The position numbers were made by a program, and so were the translations under genes. This document shows positions 1-13,334 of a stretch of 64,000 nucleotides of DNA, piece by piece (the first letter of the stretch is position 1; each line of letters opens with the position of its first letter). The DNA is taken from positions 124,001 to 188,000 of the forward strand of contig JBEWZL010000084.1 of NCBI GenBank assembly GCA_045837725.1, in the 5' to 3' direction. This stretch comes from Vermamoeba vermiformis. Taxonomy: Eukaryota. The notes below the pieces were generated by a model, which saw only the letters and a program-made list of their open reading frames with translations, had not been told where the DNA came from and did not search any database.

Positions 1-35
1 ATGAACTCTAAGTCTTACTAATGTTGTGTTGTTAG

Positions 36-802
36 ATTGCCCCCTGAGCAACGAAGAAATTACGCAAATGTGTTTTCAGGCTTAGTACGCATTACGAAAG
101 AAGAAAATGTCTTGGCTTTGTGGCGAGGCAGTGGTCCTAATATATTCAGGTACGCGATGAACGGTACTAGTAATAACTCGCCTTAAGAGTACCAGATCTG
201 TTAATTTTCTTCATGATCCGATAACGTTTTAAAAATTAGAATAATTTCTTAGTATTAAAATAAATTAATATTTAGTTGTACATATAGCACTAATAATACG
301 TATTTAGAGCCATGTTGATGTCAGCAGCGCAACTGAGTTCGTACGACCAAATGAAGCAGGTCATGTTGAAGACAAAGTACTTTAAGGACGACTTATTTAC
401 GCACTTCATCGCTTCATTTATGGCCGGATTTATTGCTACTGTTGTTACGAGCCCTATTGACGTGGCTAAGACGAGAATTATGAATCAGAAGCCAGATCCC
501 GTTACTGGACAGTTGCAGTACAAGGGCGTCGCTGATTGTTTAGTAAGAACGATGAAGTCTGAAGGAGTAGTTGGTCTATACAAGGTAAATTCAATTCCGT
601 AAAAATGTACTGGCAGATCAAATCTAACAAAAAAGTAAAATTTCGTCGCGTCAAAGATCGATGTTAATATTATTTATTGTAGGGCTTTGTACCGAATTTC
701 ATGCGTCTAGGTCCACAAACAGTGCTTATGTTCGTGTTTTTGGAACAACTTACTCGAGGTTGGGCTTCGATTAGAAAAAGCATAGGTATGGAAGTAAAGT
801 AA
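36..802 (+). CDS. Mitochondrial carrier (SLC25; dicarboxylate/2-oxoglutarate-malate/UCP group), 5'-truncated, last three exons
   Basis: LPPEQRRNYANVFSGLVRITKEE..LWRGSGPNIFRA..QLSSYDQMKQ; carrier signature PIDVAKTRIMN; GLYKGFVPNFMRLGP; stop TAA 800-802. Confidence 0.9.
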
Positions 803-985
803 AGAAAAAAGAAATAGTTATAAACACTCATGTAAATCATATGCATAATAAATTAATGTACTTCTTTTCATTATCCAATAAACAACCGACATAAAGTTTA
901 TTGTACGAGATCGATGCATTTTCATCCGTACGATGAGACGAGCTTGAATAATGATGCAACAACTATTTTTTTATTGCTAACTTGA

Positions 986-1120
986 TCAAAAAACTGAATC
1001 AGATGCTACACAACGAACTTCCTTTGTGGTGAAGATAGTAGTGCGAGGAGGATCGTAAGCGTTCTTCTCGTCGGAAGGAGGCTTGACGTTGTCGGTGTAT
1101 TGATCGATGTTGAATTCCAT
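986..1120 (-). CDS. Putative 44-aa microprotein MEFNIDQYTDNVKPPSDEKNAYDPPRTTIFTTKEVRCVASDSVF
   Basis: Single ORF below the track cut-off; cacaacaATG start context, C-ending codon bias, AATAAA ~10 nt after the stop; lies in otherwise unexplained intergenic space. Confidence 0.55.
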   Translation of the reverse strand: MEFNIDQYTDNVKPPSDEKNAYDPPRTTIFTTKEVRCVASDSVF

Positions 1121-1467
1121 TGTTGTGTAGTGAAGAGTGGAGTACTTGAAATGATTAACAACAGCTTTGAGATGCCGGCATTACCTACGTTAACGACTAC
1201 CTACCACGTAGGTATTCTGGCTTATTGCACAGCAAACTCGCATTCTAGATTTCATTCGTTATTGCAATATCCTGTCTCATAATGCAGTAATACTACAAGG
1301 CGATGAAGGTCGATTTGAAGATGGTATTCGAAACTATCCAGCCACAACATCGCTTCCATGTTCGAAATTTCCAAGGTTACGTACTTTTGGCTGAACCGCG
1401 TGGAGGCGAGTGTTGTGAATTTTGTATTTATTTTTTGTTCTCTGCAACAGCCCTATTCTTGTTATTA

Positions 1468-4400
1468 TTACTTATGTTTGCGTCGTTTCGGGTTCTTTGT
1501 GTTGACCAGATCGTGCTGAGCAGTGTGAGACTTGTCCATTGTTGCTAAGAACTCAGGGTTCTTCGTATAGTATTTGCCAGACATGCCTAAGATAATAAAT
1601 AACATTAGAACAGCAGATAAGGCAAAAAAGCACATCCGTACAAAAAAAAATGGATGTAGTCTCGGGTATTGATGATTTCATTATATTCAATAGTAGCGAA
1701 TAATACACATAATCCTCATCGACTAACAACTAGTAATATGCATTCCATAAAAGGAAATAAAAGATTTCATATGATGGTACTTCCGCCAATTATTTTCTCG
1801 TAGCGCAGTCAGGCGTCAAAATAATATTATGGGACCAAAATGCCGGTCTTATACTCGATATAATAATACTTACCGATAGGCATGAGCGGTTTTTTCATTA
1901 ATTCTTGCAGTTCTAATTTCATTTTGAAAATTTCAGCTTCGTCTCTGGCAGCAGCCTTTTGTGACACAAAATCATCTTCATCTTCATCGGAGAAGCTAAT
2001 TAAAACGATAGTTAAGGATAATAAGATAGGTTTGTATAATTAAAGCCTATTCTATGAGAGTTTGAAAAGGATACAATTCGTCATCGAGATCGAGATCTGC
2101 TTCTTTAGCTGACTTCTTGAACCAGTCTTTGCGATGCTTGGCCTAATTAAATTAAAATATCAATACCATATTCTATCGTTCGGCGGTCCAATAAAGAGAT
2201 TTAAAACGAAATTTAGACCACATCTGGAATCCGTACCTTGTCCTTAGCATGGAGTTTAGTGTTAATACGAGTAGCTAGACTAACACGCTTCTTAATAGCA
2301 GTGAAGTAACTACGATCAACAGGGAACTCTTTCAAGTCATCTACAAGCAATAAATTAATACCACATCCGCGTACTGACCAAATCTGACAAACTAAACGTA
2401 CCGACTCCCTTGACCTTCTGACAAATGCTCTTATAATAGTTACGTTCAGATGGATCGACGAGGAGTAATGTAAAGCCACCGCTGAAAGCACGAGCTGTAC
2501 GACCGCTACGGTGGATGTAGATCTGGATGCGCGAATTGTTAGCTCAGGTCAACGCCTAATAGTATGATAATGTATAATATACTTACTTCACTGTTTCTGG
2601 GAATTTGATAGTGTACTACGTGATCGACATTAGGAATATCAATACCACGAGCCATCACATCCGTTGCGATCAAAACACATTCCTTTGCATCGCGGAATCT
2701 AACCGTAATAATCATAAATATATGCCCTATTATATTTTTAATATAATTAACGTACCTTTCCAAGTTTTTAAAGCGTTGTTTCTGTTGCATATTCGCGTGC
2801 AACGAACTGACTTGGAAATTCAGCATTTGGAAGATTGGCGTCAATCTGCGAATGCATTCGATGCTGTTCACGAATACGAGTGTTCGGCCAGGGTACTTCC
2901 ATAAGAAATAGTACAAGTAAATGTCCTAAATAAAAACGGATGTCGTTACAAAAACCTGATCGAGCTTGAAAAATATTAAATAGTGCTTATATTAATTACC
3001 TTTTCTTCTTTAATGCAGAATAATCGCGATTCGACCAATTTATCCGCGGTCATTTGACCGGGACCAGTCAGATCAATAATTTCAACTTTTCGTTCAAATT
3101 CAATCATATCCATCAAGATATCTAAATCATAATATTAATATGCGTATCTTTAATAGTATTTCTTAGGTACTTACCAACTCTGTTTTGAACGTCCTTTTGT
3201 TTTTTCTTCTTGTTGCTAAAGTTTCGTTTGCGTGGTTTGCCAATGTTTTTACGACCTTCAACTGACAAGGTCAAGGTGGCTGAGAAGATAAAGTACTGCT
3301 TCTTGTGCATCTCTATAAATAATACCATATTAGTTAACAATAAAATAATATAGAAATGAGAATAAAAGCTCCGAAGTGGCAGATCCACACGTGGATCCGA
3401 ATCCAAAAAATTTCTTATAAAAAGCTTTGTGATGATATAATAATATTATACTAGTATAATACTTACGCTTGTGCTTAATTTCGTTCTTAGTAACGATATT
3501 GGAATTATTAGCAGCCTTGTGGTCCTCTTCAAAGTCTTCAAGTATCGGCATCTCATCCTCGCCTTCATTTTCATCGTCTTCATTCATATCATCGCCTTCA
3601 ATATCTTCATCATCGATATCTTCATCGTCCATATCGACCTCGTTCAATTCATCCTCGTTCACTTCGTCTTCGTTAATTTCATCGTTGATTTCTTCGAAAT
3701 TATTTTCATCGTCATTTTCGTTCAACAACTCCATATCCTCATCGTTAATATCTTCTTCGCCACTGCCTTCATCATCATCGTCGTCTTCATTTTCTTGCGC
3801 GAATTTGGCTTGGAACTTGGCCTTTCTTTCCTTAGCATTTTGTTTCTTAGAATTCATTTCGCGACTAGGCTCGTACACAAACGTCTCATCGTCTTCAATT
3901 TTCAACTGCACCGCGTTCAAGATCGATTCGACCTCAGGATAATGACCAAATTCGACCATTCTGTCGGCTTCGTCCAGTACAACGAATCGAATTCCTTTTG
4001 GCGCCAAATCTTTCAGTGAATTGTCGTACTGATTCAACGTCTCCCACATGCGGCCAGGCGTGCCCACAAGAATATCAGGACGTTTAGACAACAGTCTTTG
4101 TTGTTTGTACGGCGAAACACCACCGACAACAGCCGTGATCTTGATCGAAGTGTATTTGGCCACGCGCGTCAAATGATCCACAATTTGTTTGGCGAGTTCA
4201 CGTGTCGGCGACAAAATCAACGCTTTGAGCTCGTTGGGCTGATCCGATCCTGCATTCTTCGCTTGCAAGTCGAGGATTTGTTGCAAGATTGGGATACCAA
4301 AGGCCAATGTTTTACCAGAGCCCTACATAATAATGTCATTAGCACCAGTGTACTCGAAGGTGTCAAAATGTCAAAAGTGTCACTTTTATGTTGGACATCC

Positions 4401-5788
4401 GTAACGCCTGCGCGCAAAGAGTTTTCTTTTGTTACTTACAGTTTTTGCAGCACCAAGAATGTCCTTACGGTCTCTTAACGAAGCAGTAAGAGCGCGTTCT
4501 TGAATCGGTGTCGGATTCATGAATCCGGCCTTCTTCAAACCTAGCAGATCCAATGTTAATATTAACTGTTATCATATTAATATCTACTGTATACCTCTTA
4601 ATATATCGATGTGCATCTCAGGGTACAACTTGGTCCAATCAGCCATGCTCGTGCGAAGCTCTTCTGGATCTTCATCCAAGATCGGATCGTGCTCTTCTTC
4701 TTGCTTCGAAGACTCCTCTTGTTTAGCGCTATCCTCTTCGCTCACTTCATTTTTTTCTTCTTCGTTGTCATTAACTTCTTCTTCTTCCTCCTCTTGTGGC
4801 GGTTGTTCAAATTTAACTTTTTTCTTTTGATCAGGTTTTTTGTCTTCTTTAGGCTTAGTTTGTTCTTGCTTCTTATTGTTCTTTTCATTTGCAGGTTGTT
4901 GAACTTCGGGTTTATTCTTCTTATTTTCTTTAATTTGTGGCTCGTTTTTCTTTGGCTGTTGTTTTTGCTGCTCGATCTGCTTCTTGGATTCTTTTTGTTT
5001 TTCGGCAGCCTTATCTTGTTTCTTATTCTCATTCATCTTCTTATTCATGGTATTCTTAATAGCTTGTTTATGCAGATCAATAACCTCGCGGCTAGAAGTT
5101 AAACCGTCTTCGCTCTCATCCGCGTCAAATCCAGCAGAATCCGTTGTGTTAACTGAGGCTTCGTGAATTTCATCACTTGTAGGCTCTTCGTGTACCTTAT
5201 TTTTCTTATTATTTTTGGCGTCCTTTTTCTTTTTCTTGTGGTGATCTTCCTCCTCTTCGTGATCCGATTCGAGCAGATCCGCATCTTCATCTTCTAATAA
5301 TAGCTTGGTGTCGCCCGTATTATAGTATAATACTGCAGCGTTGTCATCAAGCTCTTCTAAGCCAAAAAATCCTCCAGCCTCTGTAGATCAGATCGTTAAA
5401 AAAATGCGATCAGAAACCAAATTCATAGTTTATTAATAAAAACTGCCTAATAAATATTAAAAAATATGTATGATATATTACCTTCGTTAAGCAAAAATTT
5501 TGACGCATCTACATCCACTTTTTTCCATTTTGGCTGTTTTGTTGGGCGTGTCTTTTGAGCTTCTAATTCTCGCTTGATAATTTGCGAATTTTTCTTTAAA
5601 TCAGGTCTATATTCAGGCACATCATCCTCTTGCGGCAGAATACTCGAGATCTTCATCTTTTTCAAGTTAGGCTGCTTGGATTGCCTTTTGGACGACGATG
5701 CGATCTGATCGTGTTTTCGCTTCTTTCCGTTGCCATTAGCGCCACCATTAGGCTTAGGAATATTAATCTTCTTGCCTTGTTGACTCAT
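1468..5788 (-). CDS. DDX24: DEAD-box RNA helicase DDX24/Mak5, multi-exon
   Basis: GGFFGLEE N-terminal motif, Q motif PTPIQ, AAKT|GSGKT across an intron, PTRELA, TPGR, DEAD, acidic insert before [19 protein letters not shown]-terminal SGKY exon. Confidence 0.92.
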
Positions 5789-5876
5789 CTTACAACAAAA
5801 AAGATAAATAAGCAGATCCCAAAAAACTGAAAAAATCAATCCAAAATCATATTTAATTATTTATTACGTTAATCAA

Positions 5877-8239
5877 ATGAACAACGAGGAAGGATCTGGC
5901 AAGTTCGTTGAGCTGCAAAGAACAGAGTTCAATAACGATGATTCCGAAGATGATCTTGAAATACCAACTGTAGGCGAAGAGTTAATTGACGGAGAAGAGG
6001 AAAATGAAGAAATATTAATTCAAAGGTGCGTATTAATAATTTTACAGGTTATTTCTCCCTCGGATAAAGCAGATCTATTAATATTAAACAAAAAATTTCA
6101 CTGCATTCCTTTCACTTAAAAACTTATTCTTTTAGCTTTAAATAATTAAAATATTATTTTAAAATTTATTATACTCATATTTCACGCTATGCAGCTCATT
6201 ACAACTTCCGGGTCCCAAACAAAATCCGGTTTGGGCTTACGCACTGTTGACTTTAGCCACACTAATGGTATCATCAGCTGGTGCCGTATTAAAATTAATG
6301 AGTGACGTAAGTATTCCCTCTGAATTCCGCTAAGAACTAAAATCACTTTTGGATCCTCGATCTCACTAACCAAATCTGACTTTAGACACCTCCTATAAAT
6401 AGATCGTCGTGGCGATTACAAGCAACAACTATTACATTAATCCCAGGTACATATTTTGCCTATAAGACGCTACATTAATTGACACTTTAGAAAAAAAACT
6501 AATTGTATTCTTGACAGGCTTTATTTATCAATGGCGCAATTTCGAACAAAAAAGAGATTTATTTACTTGGAAAAAAATAGCAATTATGATGATCAGCGCA
6601 CTCATGTTGGCTCTGCACTTTGGCGTACGTGTTTAAAAATCCAATGCTATTTAATACTCAAAGCCTATTATCGCAATGAATTAGCATAATAAGCCATTAA
6701 ATACTGTACCGCGCTAATTACTTAATTTAGGTGTGGATTGCTAGTTTAGATATGACGACTTTAACGCATAGTCTGTTATTCGTTGTTTGTGCGCCAATTA
6801 TATTCGTCATTGGCATGTGGTATGTTAAATTAAATACACATTTATCAGTATACCATATATAAGCTTAAATGAGCATTATTCAGCAAATTCAATTTTATAA
6901 GCGGATGCAGATCCACTTTTATTGTGCTTATCAAACAATATATACTAGATTGATACTTATATGTTGGATTATTACCGATTATATTATCTCAATATAATCT
7001 TCTAGGGGCTTTGGCAATAAATATTTGACCAAAACTGTCGGATCCAAGTTAGGCTGTCCAACAGTGCCATCTTGGGGCGAGACTATCGGCTCTATTATTG
7101 GATTTATCGGCATGGGCATTACCGTACTCGATGTGTCTTCGGACAAGGACGCCACGTTCTTGGGTGATTTTGTTGCCTTTTTAGGTAAGTCGTTTTCAGA
7201 TCCATCGTAATTATTCGGAGACCTTTAAAACACTATTATAAATAATCCATTATAGTACTATATCAACACAATATATATTACGCATTATCAGTAGAATTAT
7301 AATTGCTTAATATTACGAATTTGGACCAATTTCAGCTTCGCGCAATCGAACTTTTATTTCTTTGCCAATATTCTTTTCTTTCAGTGAATTAATTAATAAT
7401 GACATTACCAAATATAGGAGCGGTGATGTGGGTCGGACACTTGGTCTCAGGCCGAGTATTGAAAGAAATGCCGCTGTTCATTTATTTGTTCCCCGTCACT
7501 TTGTTATGCACTTTGTATCTCATATTGGGCTCGATTATATTTGAAGGCGCATCGGTAAGATTAATGTTATTTAATATTATTCACCTTACTATATTTAGAG
7601 TATCATTTAAAACTCAAACTAATTTCTTAATCTTTAGTTGGTTATTGCCCCAAGTGGTATTTTTGGATATTTTACGTGGCCTACATTCGGGTATGCTTTA
7701 TATTAATTTTATCAATTTTATTGTCTTTCATTAAAATAATTTTGACGAAGTTCTCTGACTAGTGTTTTTTTCCTAATTTAGCTATGTACTCTATTTGGGA
7801 CTGGGCCCTGGTTTGGCAGGTCACGCAGCGATCAATTTGTGTTTGAAGTACCTCAATCCACTCGTAATATCTGTCTTCTTGTTGATGGAGCCAATCATCG
7901 GATCTGTTTTGGGCGTAGTTATTGGTACGTTGCAAAAGCTCAAAAATAAGATCATACGTTATATAATTGGTCAAATTTAGTCAAACATAGTTTAAATTTC
8001 ATTATAGGATAATAAGGACCTTATTTCCATGCATAAAATTTTTTTTGAACTTTTTATTCATTTGAAATTTTATCGGCGAAATTATTATGTCCTATTGATC
8101 TCGTATTATAGGAGTATCAGGTTATCCAGGCATTTGGACGTGGCTCGGCACACCAATCGTGTTAGGTTCGACTGTTTGGGTGACCATTGCCGAATATCAA
8201 CGTACGCAGCACGAAGAACAAGAGAAGTCGTACGCGTAG
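5877..8239 (+). CDS. Drug/metabolite transporter (EamA/DMT) membrane protein, multi-exon
   Basis: Hydrophobic exons with ALHFGVWIASLDMTTLTHSLLF, GDFVAFLG, GPGLAGHAAINLCLKYLNPLVISVFLLMEPIIGSVLG. Confidence 0.8.
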
Positions 8240-8534
8240 GTACGGCATGTTGATGAATAAAATTGATAAAAAATCGTGAAAATAGAGACATTTCTGTATT
8301 AAATTTGGTTGCCCGAGAAATTAGCTGTTAATTATTGACGAAGTAGTAAGGTAGAATTCGTACCAAAAACGTTTTTTTCGTCAATTTATACACCACCGTT
8401 TAATTTTGCAAGAATTTAATTGAGGTTAATAACGAATAAAAAATATTGTACTGGGTTTGGTGGAGAGGGTGCAGATCCGTTTCCTAACAATAAATTTAAT
8501 GTTTATTGGCTGTTACAGACATCTTTCGCTTTGT

Positions 8535-8684
8535 TTAAAAGACAGGCGGCTCCCAATCATCCATTGCGGTAATAAAAACGACCTGGACGGACTTCTCGAA
8601 GGCGGATGCGACGCTACCGGTGCTAATGGAGCTAGGGACTAGGGTCGGAGAAGTAATTGTAGGAACGTTCTTTGTGTTGTCCAT
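8535..8684 (-). CDS. Putative 49-aa microprotein MDNTKNVPTITSPTLVPSSISTGSVASAFEKSVQVVFITAMDDWEPPVF
   Basis: GC-richer ORF within AT-rich intergenic DNA downstream of JMJD4; gcaATGG context; AATAAA ~30 nt downstream. Confidence 0.5.
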   Translation of the reverse strand: MDNTKNVPTITSPTLVPSSISTGSVASAFEKSVQVVFITAMDDWEPPVF

Positions 8685-8854
8685 TGCGATAATTTTAACA
8701 AAACAATCGACTGCGGAAAACTCTTCTACAAAACTAACAAATCGGAATCAGATCAGAAAAAATGTAACGATCTACAGGATCCGTCGACGAGCTATTCTAA
8801 ATCCAAATTATAGAGTATATTACTACATAATTGTAACTACATGTGCGATTATTG

Positions 8855-10984
8855 TTAACTGGGTCCTTTACTATTTAACAAAACAAAATTTTCAAGTCGT
8901 TTAATTGTGCGCGTAATGTTTCGACTGAGCTGATGATATTTCAAAAGATACTTCTCTCTAAGTACTAATCTAAGCACCTGTGTTATCTTACTTAAGTTAT
9001 ATAGGGCAAGCAAGTCAATCTTTGCGCTAATTTTCTTGGATTCGTTAACCCGCGTTAGTTGCGCGGATGCGATCTGCGTCAAAAGCATGATAAACTCTAA
9101 GTAATCTATGCCGGCACTAGCGCGTAACATTACTTGACAATGCTCTATATATTCGTCTTCGCTAAAGGTATCTCTAATGTGCTCAATGTATTTTTCAAGC
9201 AAGGTCAGATCCGCTTTGATGAAGTTCCAGCACAGATCTAAATTGCACGCGTTGAACCAATTATGATTGATAGATATAGTATCTTCGAGATTATGCACTT
9301 GATGAAACCATCCACTAGGCACTATAAATCAAATAAAAAATTGAGTCAGATCCGAAACTTTGCAACAATTTTATTCTTTGTCTATTTATAGCAATATTTG
9401 AAGCTTGACTTACCATAAATAGTCTCGCCTGCTTCTTGAATGACTTTTATCGGTGTACATTTGCCAAAGTTCGGAAATTGTTTTGGATCCACTTTTTGCA
9501 GCACATCGTATACTGTGTTGCCGTGACTAAACATCATAAAATTAATAAATTATTTTACTATATTAGGAATAATATGCTGCGCACCTGTCTTTGAAGAATT
9601 CTTCTTGATTCGGTGGAAAAAAAATCCACAGTTTTCTACCGCAAATGTTCGTTGACCAACTGTAAGAGCGAAGGACGTCTGAATGCAACGGTGTCCAGCT
9701 ATCTATATTAAATACTATATTAGTCATAGCATCGATTCAACTATTTAAGAATGCTCGACAAATCCAGATCTAAATCCGGGATCGAATCCCGAAAATTCTT
9801 GGCGGGCTGTTATTTGGCCCTTACTGATAATTTTTCTTATTTAAATAATGTATCGTACTACTTATACAATTAACTTACGTTTAGGACCCATATAAACAAA
9901 TCTGTAATCGTCGTTCAAATTGAGCTGATCCCAATAGTCGTTGAGCCAATCTTCCGAGAATAGAGCGGGTAATATATACACCTCATGCTGCGGATATTGT
10001 TGAATTAAATGCCAGTCTTTTAAGTACAACAATGACGCGTCTAAATAATCACGTGACTTTGGCGTGTCATCGTCCGTGTCACTTTCAATTTCCTCTTTTG
10101 GCATATTTTTCCGCTGTTCAATTCTTTTCTTCCAATATTCCACGTATTCCGCAAACTAACAATCAATAATAAAGTCAATTAGCAAGATGAAAAATCAATG
10201 CGTGAAAAATTGAATAGATCCGAGCGCCTAACAGCTACTTATCGAAGTCATTTCCTAATTAGGAAATGCAAACATAAAGCTTCGATAATCCGCCAATCAT
10301 TAGTCAATTTTAATTTTAGTTACAGAACGAATTTCGTGACGAATAAAAAATTAATTGAATTATACGTGTAGGATCTTTTTATTAATATTGTAACGATACT
10401 ATGTATATAAATCTCTTGCTTACGTTCATTTGCAGTCGTTTCTGATCGTTGTACTGCTGTTCATTGCATTGTGCGACGTTGACTTGCGACGCGCCAAAAT
10501 TCTTCGTTAAATATTCAAAATTAGGCTTACGAACTTAAAAGTGCTCGTATTAATATCGCATAGGTACTAATAAATTGTATTCATACCGTTGTTATCTACT
10601 GTAGTCCAATTTTGAGTGCATAAAAAATTTACGTGCAGATCTGTGATAATTACGGGCTTATTTGGCACCAAATAATTCGCAAAAAAATCATCGTAGCTTA
10701 ATCCACTTCGTTTTTCTATTGTTGTTATTGACTTAGCCTGGTAAAAAATAGATCTGTTAAAATAAATTCTCTTCCGCAACATACAATGTATTCAATAATA
10801 TTTAGGACGATAATAACTAGTAATATTATTGTAATTATAATTACTCGCAATATTGTCTGAGGCAGGAGAAATTAAATTAAATTGAAATTACCTTATCGCG
10901 AGCCAATCGGACTTGTTCTTCATTAAGCGCATATCTAAATGCCTGTAGCGATATGTTCCTATTAGTAATATCCGCAGGTAACAT
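8855..10984 (-). CDS. JMJD4: JmjC 2-oxoglutarate/Fe(II) oxygenase JMJD4, multi-exon
   Basis: LYLKDWH, DWLN, DDYRFVYMGP, WTPLHSDVLRSYSWSTNICGRK (HxD), VPSGWFHQVHNLEDTISINHNWFN; start MLPAD inferred. Confidence 0.9.
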
Positions 10985-11257
10985 AGCTATCCGATTGCAA
11001 AGCACTCGCGAACCCAAATTTGAAACGCCAGGAGATCCACCAATTAGTCTACTTGTACTTATTTTCGGCGATAAATTAATATATGATGAACAGATGTTTC
11101 TTCGGATAGCACTAATCAAAGAAGCGCAAATTGAAATTTTGTTCTACGAAAAATGAAAATTCCATAATTAACTGTATTTTGTAAATAGAACAACAACTCC
11201 GTATATATTTTATTATATAACACCATGGAAAAATATTAATATCGCAATTGTTATTCA

Positions 11258-13183
11258 ATGAGTCACGATCAAGTGTTACAGAAAGTTGGCGAGATCCAAG
11301 CCTTGCACCCAGACTGGGACCCGAATGATATTTACGAAGCACTATGTGTCACTAATTTTAATAATGCACAAGCTATATTAAAGCTGATGATTCAAGGTAA
11401 TAATTATTTTTTCAATCTCGTAATTTATTTTTTGTAATTTTGATAGGCTTAATTTCGCTGTATTTCTTCGTGCATAATTAATACAAATATTTTCCGCATA
11501 ATATTTTCATGCCTTTGCATTATTTACGAAAATTAGATTTTGAATTTTGGCGGGATCTGTCAGATCTGTTCTCACTTTGTATATCAGATAAATCACGCAA
11601 AGCGACTATAGAGCCTTCACCGCGCAAAAGTGAATCAGAATCGCCATTTGCAGCCGTCGGAATGATTCAACAACAATATTACAAGGAACAGCGGGAAAAA
11701 CGAGAACAAGCTGGCCTGGGCACAATTGTCGATTATTTTGATCGGAATAATAATAGCAGTCATAATAATAGGAGCTTTGATGATAATATTGGGTTTCCTA
11801 GTGACGAAGAAAATAATTATTACGATGATGATTTTCAAACAAACGAAAAAAATAATACGAGTACCATTAGTTCACCGAAAAAGAAATCAAATCCACCGAA
11901 TCTGCAAAGATCACGTGACAATAGGCAACAAAATCACGTGGCGCAAGCTCAGTATGCGTACACTGCAAAAGAAAAGCCCGCCAAAAAATCTTCAGCGACT
12001 CAAAGTCAGATCAGCTCGTACGTCAGATCCAACAATACTGAAGCTGCAAATAAGCCACAAACATCATATAAGAGCCAATATGGCTATTTTGGAAGTGGAT
12101 TCACGTTACGATCGAAATCGAACGTTCATTCAAAAGTTGAAAATTCTTCACGCAAACGAAAACGAAGCAAATTTTTGGACGATTTTTGGAACTCAGATGA
12201 AGAAGAATTATACGATGTATATGCACATAATAGCAGCTATAATAGTGATAGCGATAATAGCTCTATTAATAAGCACCGCAAGAAATCTCCGTCAGAAAAG
12301 ATCCAAACTTTCAAATCAAAATATTTTCAACAGAAATCACACGAGCAGATTGACGATGATAAAATTGATAAAAATAACGATCAAAACGAACAAAATTATC
12401 AAGAAGAAAGAATCCACAATGAACCCGAAGAAAATTATCAGTATGACGAACAATTGATCAATCAACACGCAGCTGTAAATAGACACAATGTGCCACAAGT
12501 CTACGCTGAAAATTATCAAGGAGAACATGATGCTATGGACAATAATAATAATGACGATGATCATTATCAGTATGAAAATGAAGCACAGATCCAAAATCAA
12601 AATTACGACGAAGAAATGCCACAAGAAGAGCAACAGCAATGGTAAGTACTTAATAACCAAATTAAATTAAATTTCCTAATATGGTAATATTATTAGTGGA
12701 AATCACGATGCCCAAAATAACGAAGCGTATCAAGAAGAGGAATACAATGAAGAATATTTCGAGGATCATATCGATAATAATAACAGGAATAATAATGCAA
12801 AGATAAGCAAAGAAATAGATGCAAAGATTGGTGATATTGACGAAGAAGGACCTAGTCTATTTATTCCGACGATCACGATTGATTCTGAAACACCGGATCC
12901 AATCGTCGTTAGTGACAGCGACAGCTCTCAATTGACAGCACCGACTACAAACAGTTCTTTAAATAGCAACAACCCTATTGTTATCGACAGCAGTCCGATC
13001 CGTAACGAATCCAGCGAGCCGAAGAAAAATACTGCCAACAATAAGAACGATGTACGAAATACTAAGAATAGTGGCACTAATAATAATAATATGAACACTA
13101 ATCCGCTAGACGATGAAATGGCCTATTTTCTAAAGATTAAGAATGCTACTGCCAACAAACGACGTAAAATTATTCTTGATTGA
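11258..13183 (+). CDS. Protein with N-terminal CUE/UBA-like helical domain and a long N/Q/D/E-rich disordered region (3 exons)
   Basis: Exon 1 MSHDQVLQKVGEIQALHPDWDPNDIYEALCVTNFNNAQAILKLM splices in frame to ORF 11509..12645 and a final exon; NLS-like RKRKR; SIM-like IVVSDSD and IVIDSS. Confidence 0.65.
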
Positions 13184-13334
13184 AACCTTGTAAATAAACC
13201 TGTTAAAAGTTTCAACCACATGACCATTGAATTGAGAACATGTGCAATAAATATGCTATATTCATTGAGACTATGTACAATAATAAAACAGGTTTTGGTT
13301 GTTGATCGGCAATGGATCAAGCTACTTAAAGCTT

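Noticed and set aside
1182-1214. 9-bp inverted repeat TACCTACGT..ACGTAGGTA
   Set aside because: Too short to call an ncRNA; may just be promoter sequence of the small ORF
3469-5166. Long + strand Ser-rich or hydrophobic ORFs
   Set aside because: Antisense shadows of the acidic and Lys-rich DDX24 exons
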